Assembly: GCA_041640595.1 (NCBI GenBank)
Contig: JBEPZY010000001.1
Location: 160,001 to 224,000, forward strand
Source of the DNA: Gemmatales bacterium
GTDB taxonomy: Bacteria > Planctomycetota > Planctomycetia > Gemmatales > HRBIN36
Direction of reading: 5' to 3'
DNA length: 64,000 bases
The position numbers and the translations under genes were made by a program. Positions 48,440 to 56,978 of the stretch are shown here, one piece after another. The notes below the pieces were generated by a model, which did not search any database, was not told the DNA's origin, and saw nothing but the letters and a program-made list of their open reading frames with translations. Numbering within the stretch: the stretch's first letter is position 1; each line of letters opens with the position of its first letter.

Positions 48440-49867
48440 TCACGCCAGGATTTCGTGGATAATGCGGCCGCCGTTGATGGTGGGGCGTTCTTCGCGGCCG
48501 TTGTAGAAGTAGGTGAGTTTGCGGTGATCCAGACCCAGGCAGTGCAGGATGGTGGCGTGCAGATCGTGGACGTGAACGCGGTCTTCAACGGCATAAAGAC
48601 CGATTTCGTCGGTGGCTCCGTAAGTAACGCCGCCACGAATGCCGCCACCGGCCAGCCAGACCGTAAAGCCCCAGGGATTGTGATCGCGACCGTTGCCGCT
48701 TTCGCTCATGGGAGTGCGACCGAATTCGCCGGCCCAGACAACCAGGGTGCTCTCCAGCAGACCGCGGCGTTTGAGGTCTTTGAGTAAAGCGGCGATGGGC
48801 CTGTCGCTGGCGCGACAGAGTCGGCTATGATTGGTTTCGACATCGGTGTGGGCGTCCCATTTGCTGCCGGAGCCGCAGTAAATCTGCACGAACCGCACGC
48901 CGCGTTCCACCAGCCGCCGAGCCAGCAAACAGCAGCGTGCCATAGCAGAGGTTTCTGGACGGTCGAGACCGTAAAGGCGTTTCGTCTCTTCGGTTTCGCG
49001 GCTGAGGTCCACGACTTCGGGAGCAGCAGCCTGCATGCGGAAGGCTAGTTCGTAAGCGGCAATGCGGGCTTCCAGGTCCGTATCTTCGCGGCGGGTCTGG
49101 GCATGCAGGCGATTGAGTTCCTGAATGAAATCGAGTCGGCGGCGCTGATGCTCGCTGGTCTCCTGCGGACGCAGGTAAAGCACCGGCGAATCGCCATCGC
49201 GGAAACGTGTGCCTTGCCAGGTTGCCGGCATGAAACCGGTGCCCCAATTCCGCGGTCCTCCGGCCGGATCATCGGGATTGTCCTGCAGAACGACGAAGCC
49301 GGGCAGGTTTTCATTGGCCGAGCCCAGACCGTACAACGTCCAGGCTCCCAGACTCGGACGCCCGGCCAGGATGCTGCCGGTGTTCATCTGGCAGACGCTG
49401 CCGACGTGATTGAGTCCATCGGCGTAGCAGCTGCGGATGACCGCCAGGTCGTCCACGCACTGCGCGAGTTCCGGCAGCCAATCGCTGACCCAGATGCCGG
49501 ACTGACCATATTGCCGGAAAGTCCGTTTGCTGGCCAAAAGGGGCGTGTAAGCAGTGCGTCCCATCGCGGTGACCGGCCGCTTGAAACTGGCCGGCAACGG
49601 TTGCCCGTGCAGCTTCGCCAGCGTCGGTTTCGGATCGAAGAGGTCGAGATGGCTCGGCCCGCCTTCGATGAACAGCCAGATGACGCTGCGGGCTCGCGGA
49701 CGAAAGTGGGGCGGTTTCGCCGCCAACAGGTTGCCTTCGGCGCTGCTGGCCTCGTTCAGGGCGTGAAACGCCAGCCAGCCGAATCCACACCCTGCCAGTT
49801 CCAGAAACTCACGACGCGTGCTGCACCAGTGGCGATGACCAACCGGGGCTGGTTTATCGGCTCGCAT
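48440..49867 (-). CDS. DUF1501 domain protein
   Basis: TRREFL, GGPSHLDLFDPKP, CLLARRLVERGVRFV, GEFGRTP, GRDH. Confidence 0.9.
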   Translation of the reverse strand: MRADKPAPVGHRHWCSTRREFLELAGCGFGWLAFHALNEASSAEGNLLAAKPPHFRPRARSVIWLFIEGGPSHLDLFDPKPTLAKLHGQPLPASFKRPVTAMGRTAYTPLLASKRTFRQYGQSGIWVSDWLPELAQCVDDLAVIRSCYADGLNHVGSVCQMNTGSILAGRPSLGAWTLYGLGSANENLPGFVVLQDNPDDPAGGPRNWGTGFMPATWQGTRFRDGDSPVLYLRPQETSEHQRRRLDFIQELNRLHAQTRREDTDLEARIAAYELAFRMQAAAPEVVDLSRETEETKRLYGLDRPETSAMARCCLLARRLVERGVRFVQIYCGSGSKWDAHTDVETNHSRLCRASDRPIAALLKDLKRRGLLESTLVVWAGEFGRTPMSESGNGRDHNPWGFTVWLAGGGIRGGVTYGATDEIGLYAVEDRVHVHDLHATILHCLGLDHRKLTYFYNGREERPTINGGRIIHEILA

Positions 49868-50272
49868 TCCGAATCCCTCACCGCGTTTGACTAAAAGCAC
49901 CACAACCGTTGCGGATTGTTGTATCGAAATCGGGCAGTCGGTGTCCAGCCGTGAGGAAGGCGAAGTTCCCCACCAAGTATCGAAAACGGATGACATCGCT
50001 GCTAACCCGTGAAAATCGGCACCTTGCCGACCGTGCTGAAAGAAATCAGCCCTAAGATGTCGCGGCACGGCTGTTGCTATGTTGGGGGACCGTCGAGCAG
50101 CGGACTTATGGCGGGCCGATTCTGCCTGGCGATTGCCCATTCGGGCCGAGCCAGCTTTCCCGACAGGCATAGGGTGTCGAGAACACCCGGCCCGAAACGA
50201 GGCTTGGCCAGCCAGCGGGCCGGAACACTGAAGGGGCACGCGCAGCCTGGTTTCACCTGGGGGAGGCACACC

Positions 50273-50764
50273 ATGCGACGGGCGGGCAACGGCAAAACGG
50301 TGGCTTACGGTCGCAGGCAGCTGGAAAAGCTCCGCCAGCGTTTGCTCCAGCGACAGGAAGAACTCCGACAGATATTGGCCGGGCGATTGGAAAACCTTGC
50401 CTCAGCTCAGAGCGAAGTCCGCGGCGAACTGGCAGATGCTGCCCTGGACTATGGAACTCAGGAGATGAGTTGTTGCATGATGGAACTGGCCGCCCGAGAG
50501 CTCGGCCTCATTGAACGGGCCTTGCGAAAGCTTGCCCAGGATAGTTACGGTCGCTGTGAACATTGCGGTGGGCAAATTGGTCTGCCCCGGCTGGAGGCAT
50601 TGCCTTACGCCCTGTATTGCATCTCCTGCCAGCGCGAGCTGGAGCAAGACGCTTTCGCCGGCAAACAAGACCCGGCCCAATGGGACCGCGTTTATGAAAT
50701 GGAGCGAGCCGAAACCGACGTGGAAGTGGACTTTTCCGACCTCGAAACCGAGGCGGATCGCTGA
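50273..50764 (+). CDS. TraR/DksA C4 zinc-finger protein
   Basis: Coiled coil with ELADAA tip; YGRCEHC...RLEALP...CISC; GGAGG RBS. Confidence 0.88.
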   Translation: MRRAGNGKTVAYGRRQLEKLRQRLLQRQEELRQILAGRLENLASAQSEVRGELADAALDYGTQEMSCCMMELAARELGLIERALRKLAQDSYGRCEHCGGQIGLPRLEALPYALYCISCQRELEQDAFAGKQDPAQWDRVYEMERAETDVEVDFSDLETEADR

Positions 50765-50778
50765 CTGTGTTGGCAGGC

Positions 50779-50961
50779 GTAGCTCCAATTCACTGGGGCC
50801 GCTTTGCTTGCAGCAAGGCCACCCGTAAGACCGTTGGCAGTGTCGGCAAATGTTGCTCCAATTCTGCCCGTTGCCAGTAACCTGGTAACAGACGCTATTC
50901 GGCAGAGGGAGCGCTCACCAACAAGTTGCTCCGATTCTGCCCGTTGCCAGTAACTTGGTAA
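50779..50961. repeat. 37-bp direct repeat pair separated by 36 bp, plus a partial third copy at the same 73-bp period
   Basis: GTTGCTCC(A/G)ATTCTGCCCGTTGCCAGTAAC(C/T)TGGTAA at 50852-50888 and 50925-50961; GTAGCTCCAATTC at 50779. Confidence 0.8.
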
Positions 50962-51137
50962 TCCACCAGAATAAACACCTGGGCATCGTCGCCAGTGCTG
51001 AGCCTGCGGCTATCTAGGGCGAAGCTGCTGGCAGCGACGATGGCGCGACGGTCTGCCGGATGGGTACCGACTTGTGGCTCGGTGGAGCTGTGGCGGGACC
51101 GTCAGTATGCTCATCACCCTTTTCAGGAGGGACGAAC

Positions 51138-51707
51138 ATGCCAGGCAAATTGTGCTGTCCGGGCCTGTTGATCATAGCAGGCTGGGTGCTGGTGCTCGGG
51201 TTCGCTCGAGTGCACGGGCAGGGTGGTGCAGTGGCGGAAGGAAAACCGGCACCGAAAGTGGAATTGCCGGCCGTCAATGTCGCCACCGCTTTGCCCGATC
51301 AGAAAGACGCGAAGACGCTTTCCCTGGACGCCTTTCGTGGCAAGAAAAACGTCGTGCTTTTCTTCTTCCCCAAAGCGCTGACCTCGGGGTGAACGATAGA
51401 AAGCTGCGGTTTCCGCGACCGCATTGAGCAGTTTGCTCAGGCTGACACAGTGGTCATAGGCATCAGTGTGGACGATGTGGCTGCCCAGACCAAGTTTGCC
51501 CAGCAGAACCAGCTCAATTTCCCGCTGCTGTGCGATACGGAAAAAACCGTGACCAAAGCCTTCGGGGTGCTAGGCGCTAACGGCTTGGCCCAACGCAAGA
51601 CTTTCGTCATAGATAAGCAGGGAGTCATCCGCAAAATCTATGACAAAGTGGATGTCAAAAAACACCCAGACGAAGTCCTGGCCTGGATCAAGGCGAACCT
51701 GAAATAG
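51138..51707 (+). CDS. Peroxiredoxin (BCP/PrxQ type), probable selenoprotein with in-frame UGA at 51390-51392
   Basis: AGGAGG RBS; the ORF-track fragments 51060-51392 and 51450-51707 are in the same frame; readthrough gives FPKALTSG-U-TIESCGFRD, then GISVD, FPLLCD and RKTFVIDKQG. Confidence 0.85.
51405..51423 (+). promoter_or_regulatory. Candidate bacterial SECIS hairpin
   Basis: TGCGGT-ttccgcg-ACCGCA stem-loop starting 12 nt after the UGA. Confidence 0.5.
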
Positions 51708-51903
51708 GCCCAAGGACTAGCGACGGCGACCGTTTTCCGAACCGCCGGCTAGCCAATTGCCCGACGGATTCTTCGTCGCCCTGCAAAGAGTTCGGGAACA
51801 GGCTTCACCACTACCACGCCGCCGACCGTTCCTAGCCAAGGCCAGCAAGAACGGGATGCTCGATTAGCCGGCACACACACCTGGCTCCGCGACGAGCAAA
51901 GTG

Positions 51904-52950
51904 TCAGCGGCGGGCGGTATGGCTGACCAGGGTCAGTTGCCGCATCTCGCCCGGTTTCAATTCCAGCGTACTGTACGGGACTTCCCGACCAGAACTGTCG
52001 CGGAGATAGACACGCCAGTTTCCTGCGGCCAGGCGAATGTGGAACCGGCCTTCGTGGTCAGGCTGAACCGTACTGCGCTCGTTGGCCGACTCGTTGACGA
52101 ACACCACCTGCGAAACCTCGCTCCCGGACTCAGGCCGCAGCAGTTGACCAGCGATGGCACCGCGTGAGTCGCTGGGATTTTCCAGGGCGATGCGATCCAG
52201 ACGCGGCACAATGGGTCGGCTCGGGGCCGGTGGCGGTGGAGGTGGAGGCGAGTACATTTGCGGACGCGCCGGTGTGCTTCCCTCCGGCTGAGGCGGTGTG
52301 GGGGGATAGGTTCGCTGATACAGAGGGCTGCCATTCTCTGCGGGGGAACGGAACTCCTGGACGTTTGGGGCGGGTACAGTCGGCTGGCGGGGCGTTTCCT
52401 GGATTGCAGGGGGCGCCACTGTGGCTCCCGTACACGGGTCCACATAGTAGCAAGTCGTTTCCGGTTGCAGATAGCAGCATTGACGATAGGTGGTCACCGG
52501 CACAAATCCGCACCGCCGTACCCAGCTCGTAACCGGCGTGTAATAGGCACGCAACTGATAGGAAGTTACCGGCGTGGCTACCTGCTGGTACGTGCAGGTA
52601 CACGGATCGTAGTAACAACTGTAGCGGTACGACACCACCGGCTCGTAATAATACGAGGTGCGGTAGCTGGTCACCGGCTCGTAGTAAGTCTGGAGACGGT
52701 AGGAAGTCACGGGCTGGTAATAACAGCGCTGGACATAGCGGGTGGTACAGACCTGTTGCGGCGCCGGCGGAGCGCAGGCGACGGTCGGTGCAGGACTGAC
52801 CACCACCGGCGGAGCTTGGGCGACTACCGGCGTCGAGCGGTGGAAGCACGTGACTTGAAAGACATTTTGCCAGCCGGCCCAGGAAATTGTCGGCCAGCAC
52901 AGGGCTCCACCGATCAGCAAACTCAGCTTTAGCCAGTTGCCACGCAGCAT
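51904..52950 (-). CDS. Secreted Tyr/Thr/Cys-rich repeat protein with Pro-rich linker and C-terminal beta-sandwich
   Basis: AGGAG RBS, signal peptide, repeated Y.PVTSY units. Confidence 0.7.
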   Translation of the reverse strand: MLRGNWLKLSLLIGGALCWPTISWAGWQNVFQVTCFHRSTPVVAQAPPVVVSPAPTVACAPPAPQQVCTTRYVQRCYYQPVTSYRLQTYYEPVTSYRTSYYYEPVVSYRYSCYYDPCTCTYQQVATPVTSYQLRAYYTPVTSWVRRCGFVPVTTYRQCCYLQPETTCYYVDPCTGATVAPPAIQETPRQPTVPAPNVQEFRSPAENGSPLYQRTYPPTPPQPEGSTPARPQMYSPPPPPPPAPSRPIVPRLDRIALENPSDSRGAIAGQLLRPESGSEVSQVVFVNESANERSTVQPDHEGRFHIRLAAGNWRVYLRDSSGREVPYSTLELKPGEMRQLTLVSHTARR

Positions 52951-53220
52951 AGCTCGCTCTCCTTTGCTTTGACCCCTCTGATATACACAATAGTCTGGCA
53001 TACGAATTCTCCAAGGGTCAACAATTTTCGCAGCACCGGCATAACTCCACGACGGTGAGAAACTTTACCGGTTATGCAGACTTTGATGGTTCGCGTCGGG
53101 CAGAAAAAGTTGCGTCGGGCCAATTTCGCTTAGGATGATATGGGCGAGTGGGCGTCTCTGGGGCGTTGGCAACTCTTTGCCAGGCCAGCAACGCCAGCGT
53201 GCCGGTCATGCCAATTACAG

Positions 53221-54072
53221 ATGTCTCTCATGGCAAACGAAAAACCGACTGTGGAATACGAATTTGGTGTGCCTTTTCCCGGCCGGGTTGTGCCCGCGCA
53301 ACAGTGGACACAGACGGCGATCAAACGGCTCCCCACCACCGGGCCGTTTGACTGGTCGGCGATTTTTGGCCGCGACGCTCCACGTTTGCTCGATCTGGGC
53401 TGCGGCAACGGACGGTTTCTGATCGCCCATGCCCTGGCCCACCCGGATTGGGATCATCTGGGCGTGGATTGTCTGCCCGTGGTCATCCGCTACGCCGTCA
53501 AGCGAGCCAATCAACGGGGCCTGACCAATATCCGCTTTGCCGTTGCCGATGCCCGCGAGGTAATGGAACGCCTGATTCCTCCTGGCAGCATCGCCGAAAT
53601 CCACATCTATCATCCCCAGCCCTATTACGACCTGGCCGAGTTACATCGCCGGCTCATTACGCCGCATTTCCTGGTTCTGGTCCATCGAGCGTTGCAGCCG
53701 GGCGGCAAACTTGTGATCCAGTCCGACAATCCCGGTTACTGGAACTACATCCGCCAGCTGGTGCCTATCTTCTTCCATTTTGAGGAGCGTCAGGAACCCT
53801 GGCCCGATGCGCCGCAAGGGCGAACAAGACGGGAAATTCTCGCCCGGCAACGAGGTCTGCCAGTGTTTCGGGGAATCGGCATTCGCCGCGACGAGCTCGC
53901 CGAAAGCGAAGCCCTGCGACAAGCCGAGACCCTGCCACCTCCGGTGTTCAATGCTGACCGGCGGCTGCTGGCACTCGACCACCTGGAACGCCAGCTCGAC
54001 AATGAGCAACGCCAGGCCAGGGGTTCAGGGAAGCCAGGAGCGTCGCGGCGTCGCCGACCCCGCGGTAAATAA
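53221..54072 (+). CDS. trmB: tRNA (guanine-N7)-methyltransferase TrmB-like
   Basis: LDLGCGNG SAM motif, IYHPQP, RRLI, SDN; divergent member; start at 53221 or 53230. Confidence 0.72.
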   Translation: MSLMANEKPTVEYEFGVPFPGRVVPAQQWTQTAIKRLPTTGPFDWSAIFGRDAPRLLDLGCGNGRFLIAHALAHPDWDHLGVDCLPVVIRYAVKRANQRGLTNIRFAVADAREVMERLIPPGSIAEIHIYHPQPYYDLAELHRRLITPHFLVLVHRALQPGGKLVIQSDNPGYWNYIRQLVPIFFHFEERQEPWPDAPQGRTRREILARQRGLPVFRGIGIRRDELAESEALRQAETLPPPVFNADRRLLALDHLERQLDNEQRQARGSGKPGASRRRRPRGK

Positions 54073-54128
54073 TAAAACGAACCGGCCTGCACGCTTGTTT
54101 CCGATCTTCACCACATTCATGCGAGGCT

Positions 54129-55232
54129 ATGCCGATGACGCGACTGGCAACGCCGACCGCTTATCCTCCCTGTCCGGTGCGGGCACCGCTTCGCTGGGGC
54201 AGTCTCCAGCTGGCCACACGCTATTTGCTGGCACCGCTGGCCGGCTACACCAATCTGGCCTTTCGGCTGGCTGTGCGCGAACTCGGCGGAGTCGGCTTGT
54301 GCACCACCGATCTCATCAATGCCATCGCTCTGGTGCGCGGCAGCCAGAAAACGCTCGGTATGATCAAGACCTGCCCCGCTGACCGACCTCTGGCGGTGCA
54401 GATTTTCGGTTCCGACCCCACGATCATGCAGGAAGCCGCGCGGTGGCTGGAAGCCTACGGCGTTACTTCCGTGGACATCAACATGGGCTGTCCGGTGGAG
54501 AAAATCACCCGCTGCGGTGCCGGTTCCGCTCTGATGTGCGATGTGGGCCAGGCGGTGCGACTGGTGCAGGCGGTGGTCGAGGCGGTTCGCATACCGGTTA
54601 CCGTGAAAATGCGACTCGGCTGGGACGATGAACACTGGACTGCTCCAGCTCTGGCCCGCGAATTTGAACAGATCGGCGTCGCCGCGGTTACTATCCACGG
54701 CCGAACACGGGAGCAGGGTTTTTCCGGCCAGGTGAATCTGGCTGGGATTCGTGCTGTGGTCGAGGCAGTCGAGCGAATGCCGGTCATCGGCAACGGCGAT
54801 GTTCGCACTATTGACGACGCCTGGCGTATGCTTCACCAGACTGGTTGCCAGGGCATCGCCATTGGTCGGGGTGCGTTGCTCAATCCGTGGATTTTCAGGC
54901 AACTGCAGGAATGGGAAACGACCGGACAGGTGCATTCCTCTCCGGACTGGTGGGCCTATCTGGTGTTTATGGAGCGGCATTTTGAGCTTCAGGTCGAGGA
55001 ACGCGGCGAGCGAATCGGTTGCTCTACGTTTCGGAAACCAGCTGGGTGGTATTGCAAGGTGTTGCGGCCCGAAAAACGGTTACGAGCCCGGCTCATGCAG
55101 GTACGGAGTGTCGAGGAATTCCGCGACATTGTGGCGCAAATGCGTCAGCAAGGCCCACCGCGAGCCTGGTTGCCACCTGCCCGTTACCATTCGCCCATAC
55201 CCGTACCGACCGGCCCAATTGCTCACTGGTAG
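54129..55232 (+). CDS. dusB: tRNA dihydrouridine synthase DusB
   Basis: LAPLAGYT, QIFG, DINMGCP, VKMRLG, IHGRT, GNGD, IGRG..NPW. Confidence 0.92.
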   Translation: MPMTRLATPTAYPPCPVRAPLRWGSLQLATRYLLAPLAGYTNLAFRLAVRELGGVGLCTTDLINAIALVRGSQKTLGMIKTCPADRPLAVQIFGSDPTIMQEAARWLEAYGVTSVDINMGCPVEKITRCGAGSALMCDVGQAVRLVQAVVEAVRIPVTVKMRLGWDDEHWTAPALAREFEQIGVAAVTIHGRTREQGFSGQVNLAGIRAVVEAVERMPVIGNGDVRTIDDAWRMLHQTGCQGIAIGRGALLNPWIFRQLQEWETTGQVHSSPDWWAYLVFMERHFELQVEERGERIGCSTFRKPAGWYCKVLRPEKRLRARLMQVRSVEEFRDIVAQMRQQGPPRAWLPPARYHSPIPVPTGPIAHW

Positions 55233-55401
55233 CCGTTTCCTTACACTGACACCGTGGACGGCCGTGGCTGTACGCTCTTCATCGGCCCCAGGCGTACGAA
55301 TTACGGCGTCCCAGTGCAACACTAAACGCATGCTGCCGCAGTGCTGCCGGTGTCTGCTCACCGACGCAGCCTTCAGTACCGATACAGCTAAGGAGCCTGC
55401 C

Positions 55402-56796
55402 ATGCTACCTACCAGGGTCGGGAAACTTAGTTTCGGTTGGGGTATCGCCGCACGCCACCGCAATAAGCATCCCCAAACGCATGCCGTGCTTGTTGGGCCG
55501 TTGCTGGTCGGACTTAGTCTGGCTCTGATTCTGCTAATTCTCGCCGGACTCGGTTGCTCCTGGGTTTCTGCTCAGGTGGTTCATAAAGATACCGCGGACT
55601 GGCTCTGGAGCACCGCTTATGCCATTCCTAAGCATTTGACCAATCAGGGGAGCGGTTATTTCTCTATTGTTGAAGGCAAAAACGGTTGCCTGTATATCGG
55701 CACAGCGAAGTACGGCGAGAATGCTTACTTAGTGGAATTCAATCTCCGCACTAAGCAAATGAAGGTAGTGGTAGATGTGATGAAGGCGATCGGCAGTTCC
55801 GCTAAGGGGTTTGCTGCCCAGGCCAAGATTCACACCCGCAACAATGTCGGTGAAAGTGGCAGAATCTATTTCGGCACCAAGCAAGGCTATCCAGAGAAAG
55901 GCGAAAAACGCACTGATTACCCCGGCGGTTATCCCATGGTTTACGATCCGCAAACCGGCGAAATCAAGGTCTATCCGATCCCAATCCCGCATCAAGGTAT
56001 TATCAGTATCACGCCGGATGAATCACGCGGTATTGCCTATATATCTACGTGCTCGGACGAACGGCCTATCGAAAGCACACATTTCATGATCCTTGATTTG
56101 AAGACCGGTAAATACCGGGACTTGATGGATTGCCAGCATGTATATGCCTTTATTGTGCTCGATTATTTAGGGCGTGCTTATCATCCCATTCGTGGCGGCG
56201 ATATTGCCCGTTACGATCCGCGGAGCGATAAACTGGAACGGTTACGGCAAACGATAGATGGTCAGCCACCTAAAGATTCGTTGCTGGCTCATCCGCATAG
56301 CCATCCGATTAACTGGGAAGTCTCTCCCGACCGTAAGACACTTTATGCCGTGGCCATGAACGAGAATCAACTTTATGCGTATGACCTGACCACCAGCGGC
56401 GAGGTATTACCTGGCCGGCGTTTAGGGGCCTTGATTAATCATCCCGAAGCTAAGACCGATTGCCGGGCCCTGTGCGTGGGCCAGGATGGGACGGTATGGA
56501 TGGGTGTCGCGGTCAGCCTTCCTAAGCATGACCAAACCTTGCGCATCGTCAGTTATAGGCCCGGCGAATCGGGTTGCCGGGATCACGGCCCGATTGCTAT
56601 TCGCAATCCCGACTATACTAATTTCACCGACGAACGCGGCAAACCGCTTCCCTGGCATCACGGGGTGCGTCGCCGACCGGATGGTATTCTGGTGCCCCAG
56701 TTTCACATTATGGGCATCTGCGCGGCGAGCAACGGTTGCATCTATGCCACCACGCTGGCCCCGTTCACCCTGCATGAGATCGAAATCAAGCGCTAG
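55402..56796 (+). CDS. Exported hypothetical protein, probable beta-propeller
   Basis: AAGGAG RBS; hydrophobic leader; repeated G.lY.g and YDP.tg blade-like motifs; QAKIH. Confidence 0.7.
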   Translation: MLPTRVGKLSFGWGIAARHRNKHPQTHAVLVGPLLVGLSLALILLILAGLGCSWVSAQVVHKDTADWLWSTAYAIPKHLTNQGSGYFSIVEGKNGCLYIGTAKYGENAYLVEFNLRTKQMKVVVDVMKAIGSSAKGFAAQAKIHTRNNVGESGRIYFGTKQGYPEKGEKRTDYPGGYPMVYDPQTGEIKVYPIPIPHQGIISITPDESRGIAYISTCSDERPIESTHFMILDLKTGKYRDLMDCQHVYAFIVLDYLGRAYHPIRGGDIARYDPRSDKLERLRQTIDGQPPKDSLLAHPHSHPINWEVSPDRKTLYAVAMNENQLYAYDLTTSGEVLPGRRLGALINHPEAKTDCRALCVGQDGTVWMGVAVSLPKHDQTLRIVSYRPGESGCRDHGPIAIRNPDYTNFTDERGKPLPWHHGVRRRPDGILVPQFHIMGICAASNGCIYATTLAPFTLHEIEIKR

Positions 56797-56978
56797 CGAT
56801 CAGCTTCGGAAGGCTAGCTTTGGGCCCTGTTCAGCGCTGGCATGAGTTGATGGCGCTTGCCGGAGAAATATATGCGCCAGTTTCTCACGGATTTCTCACG
56901 AAAATCCGTCCGGTGGCGACGGAACCTGAGTGGTTCTACGGTGTTAGAAAATACGGGTAGCAATGGAGGTGGGAAACA

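Noticed and set aside
49870..50272. Hairpin-rich leader before the dksA-like gene as a riboswitch
   Set aside because: Several GC stems are present, but I recognise no riboswitch consensus, and such stems are expected at this GC content.
51060..51707. Peroxiredoxin as a pseudogene or as two separate small genes
   Set aside because: The only interruption is one TGA at the catalytic Cys position and both halves are otherwise intact, so recoding is more parsimonious.
56881..56908. TTTCTCACG direct repeat with an overlapping inverted repeat upstream of the DUF1549 gene
   Set aside because: Could be an operator, but it is too short to distinguish from chance without comparative data.
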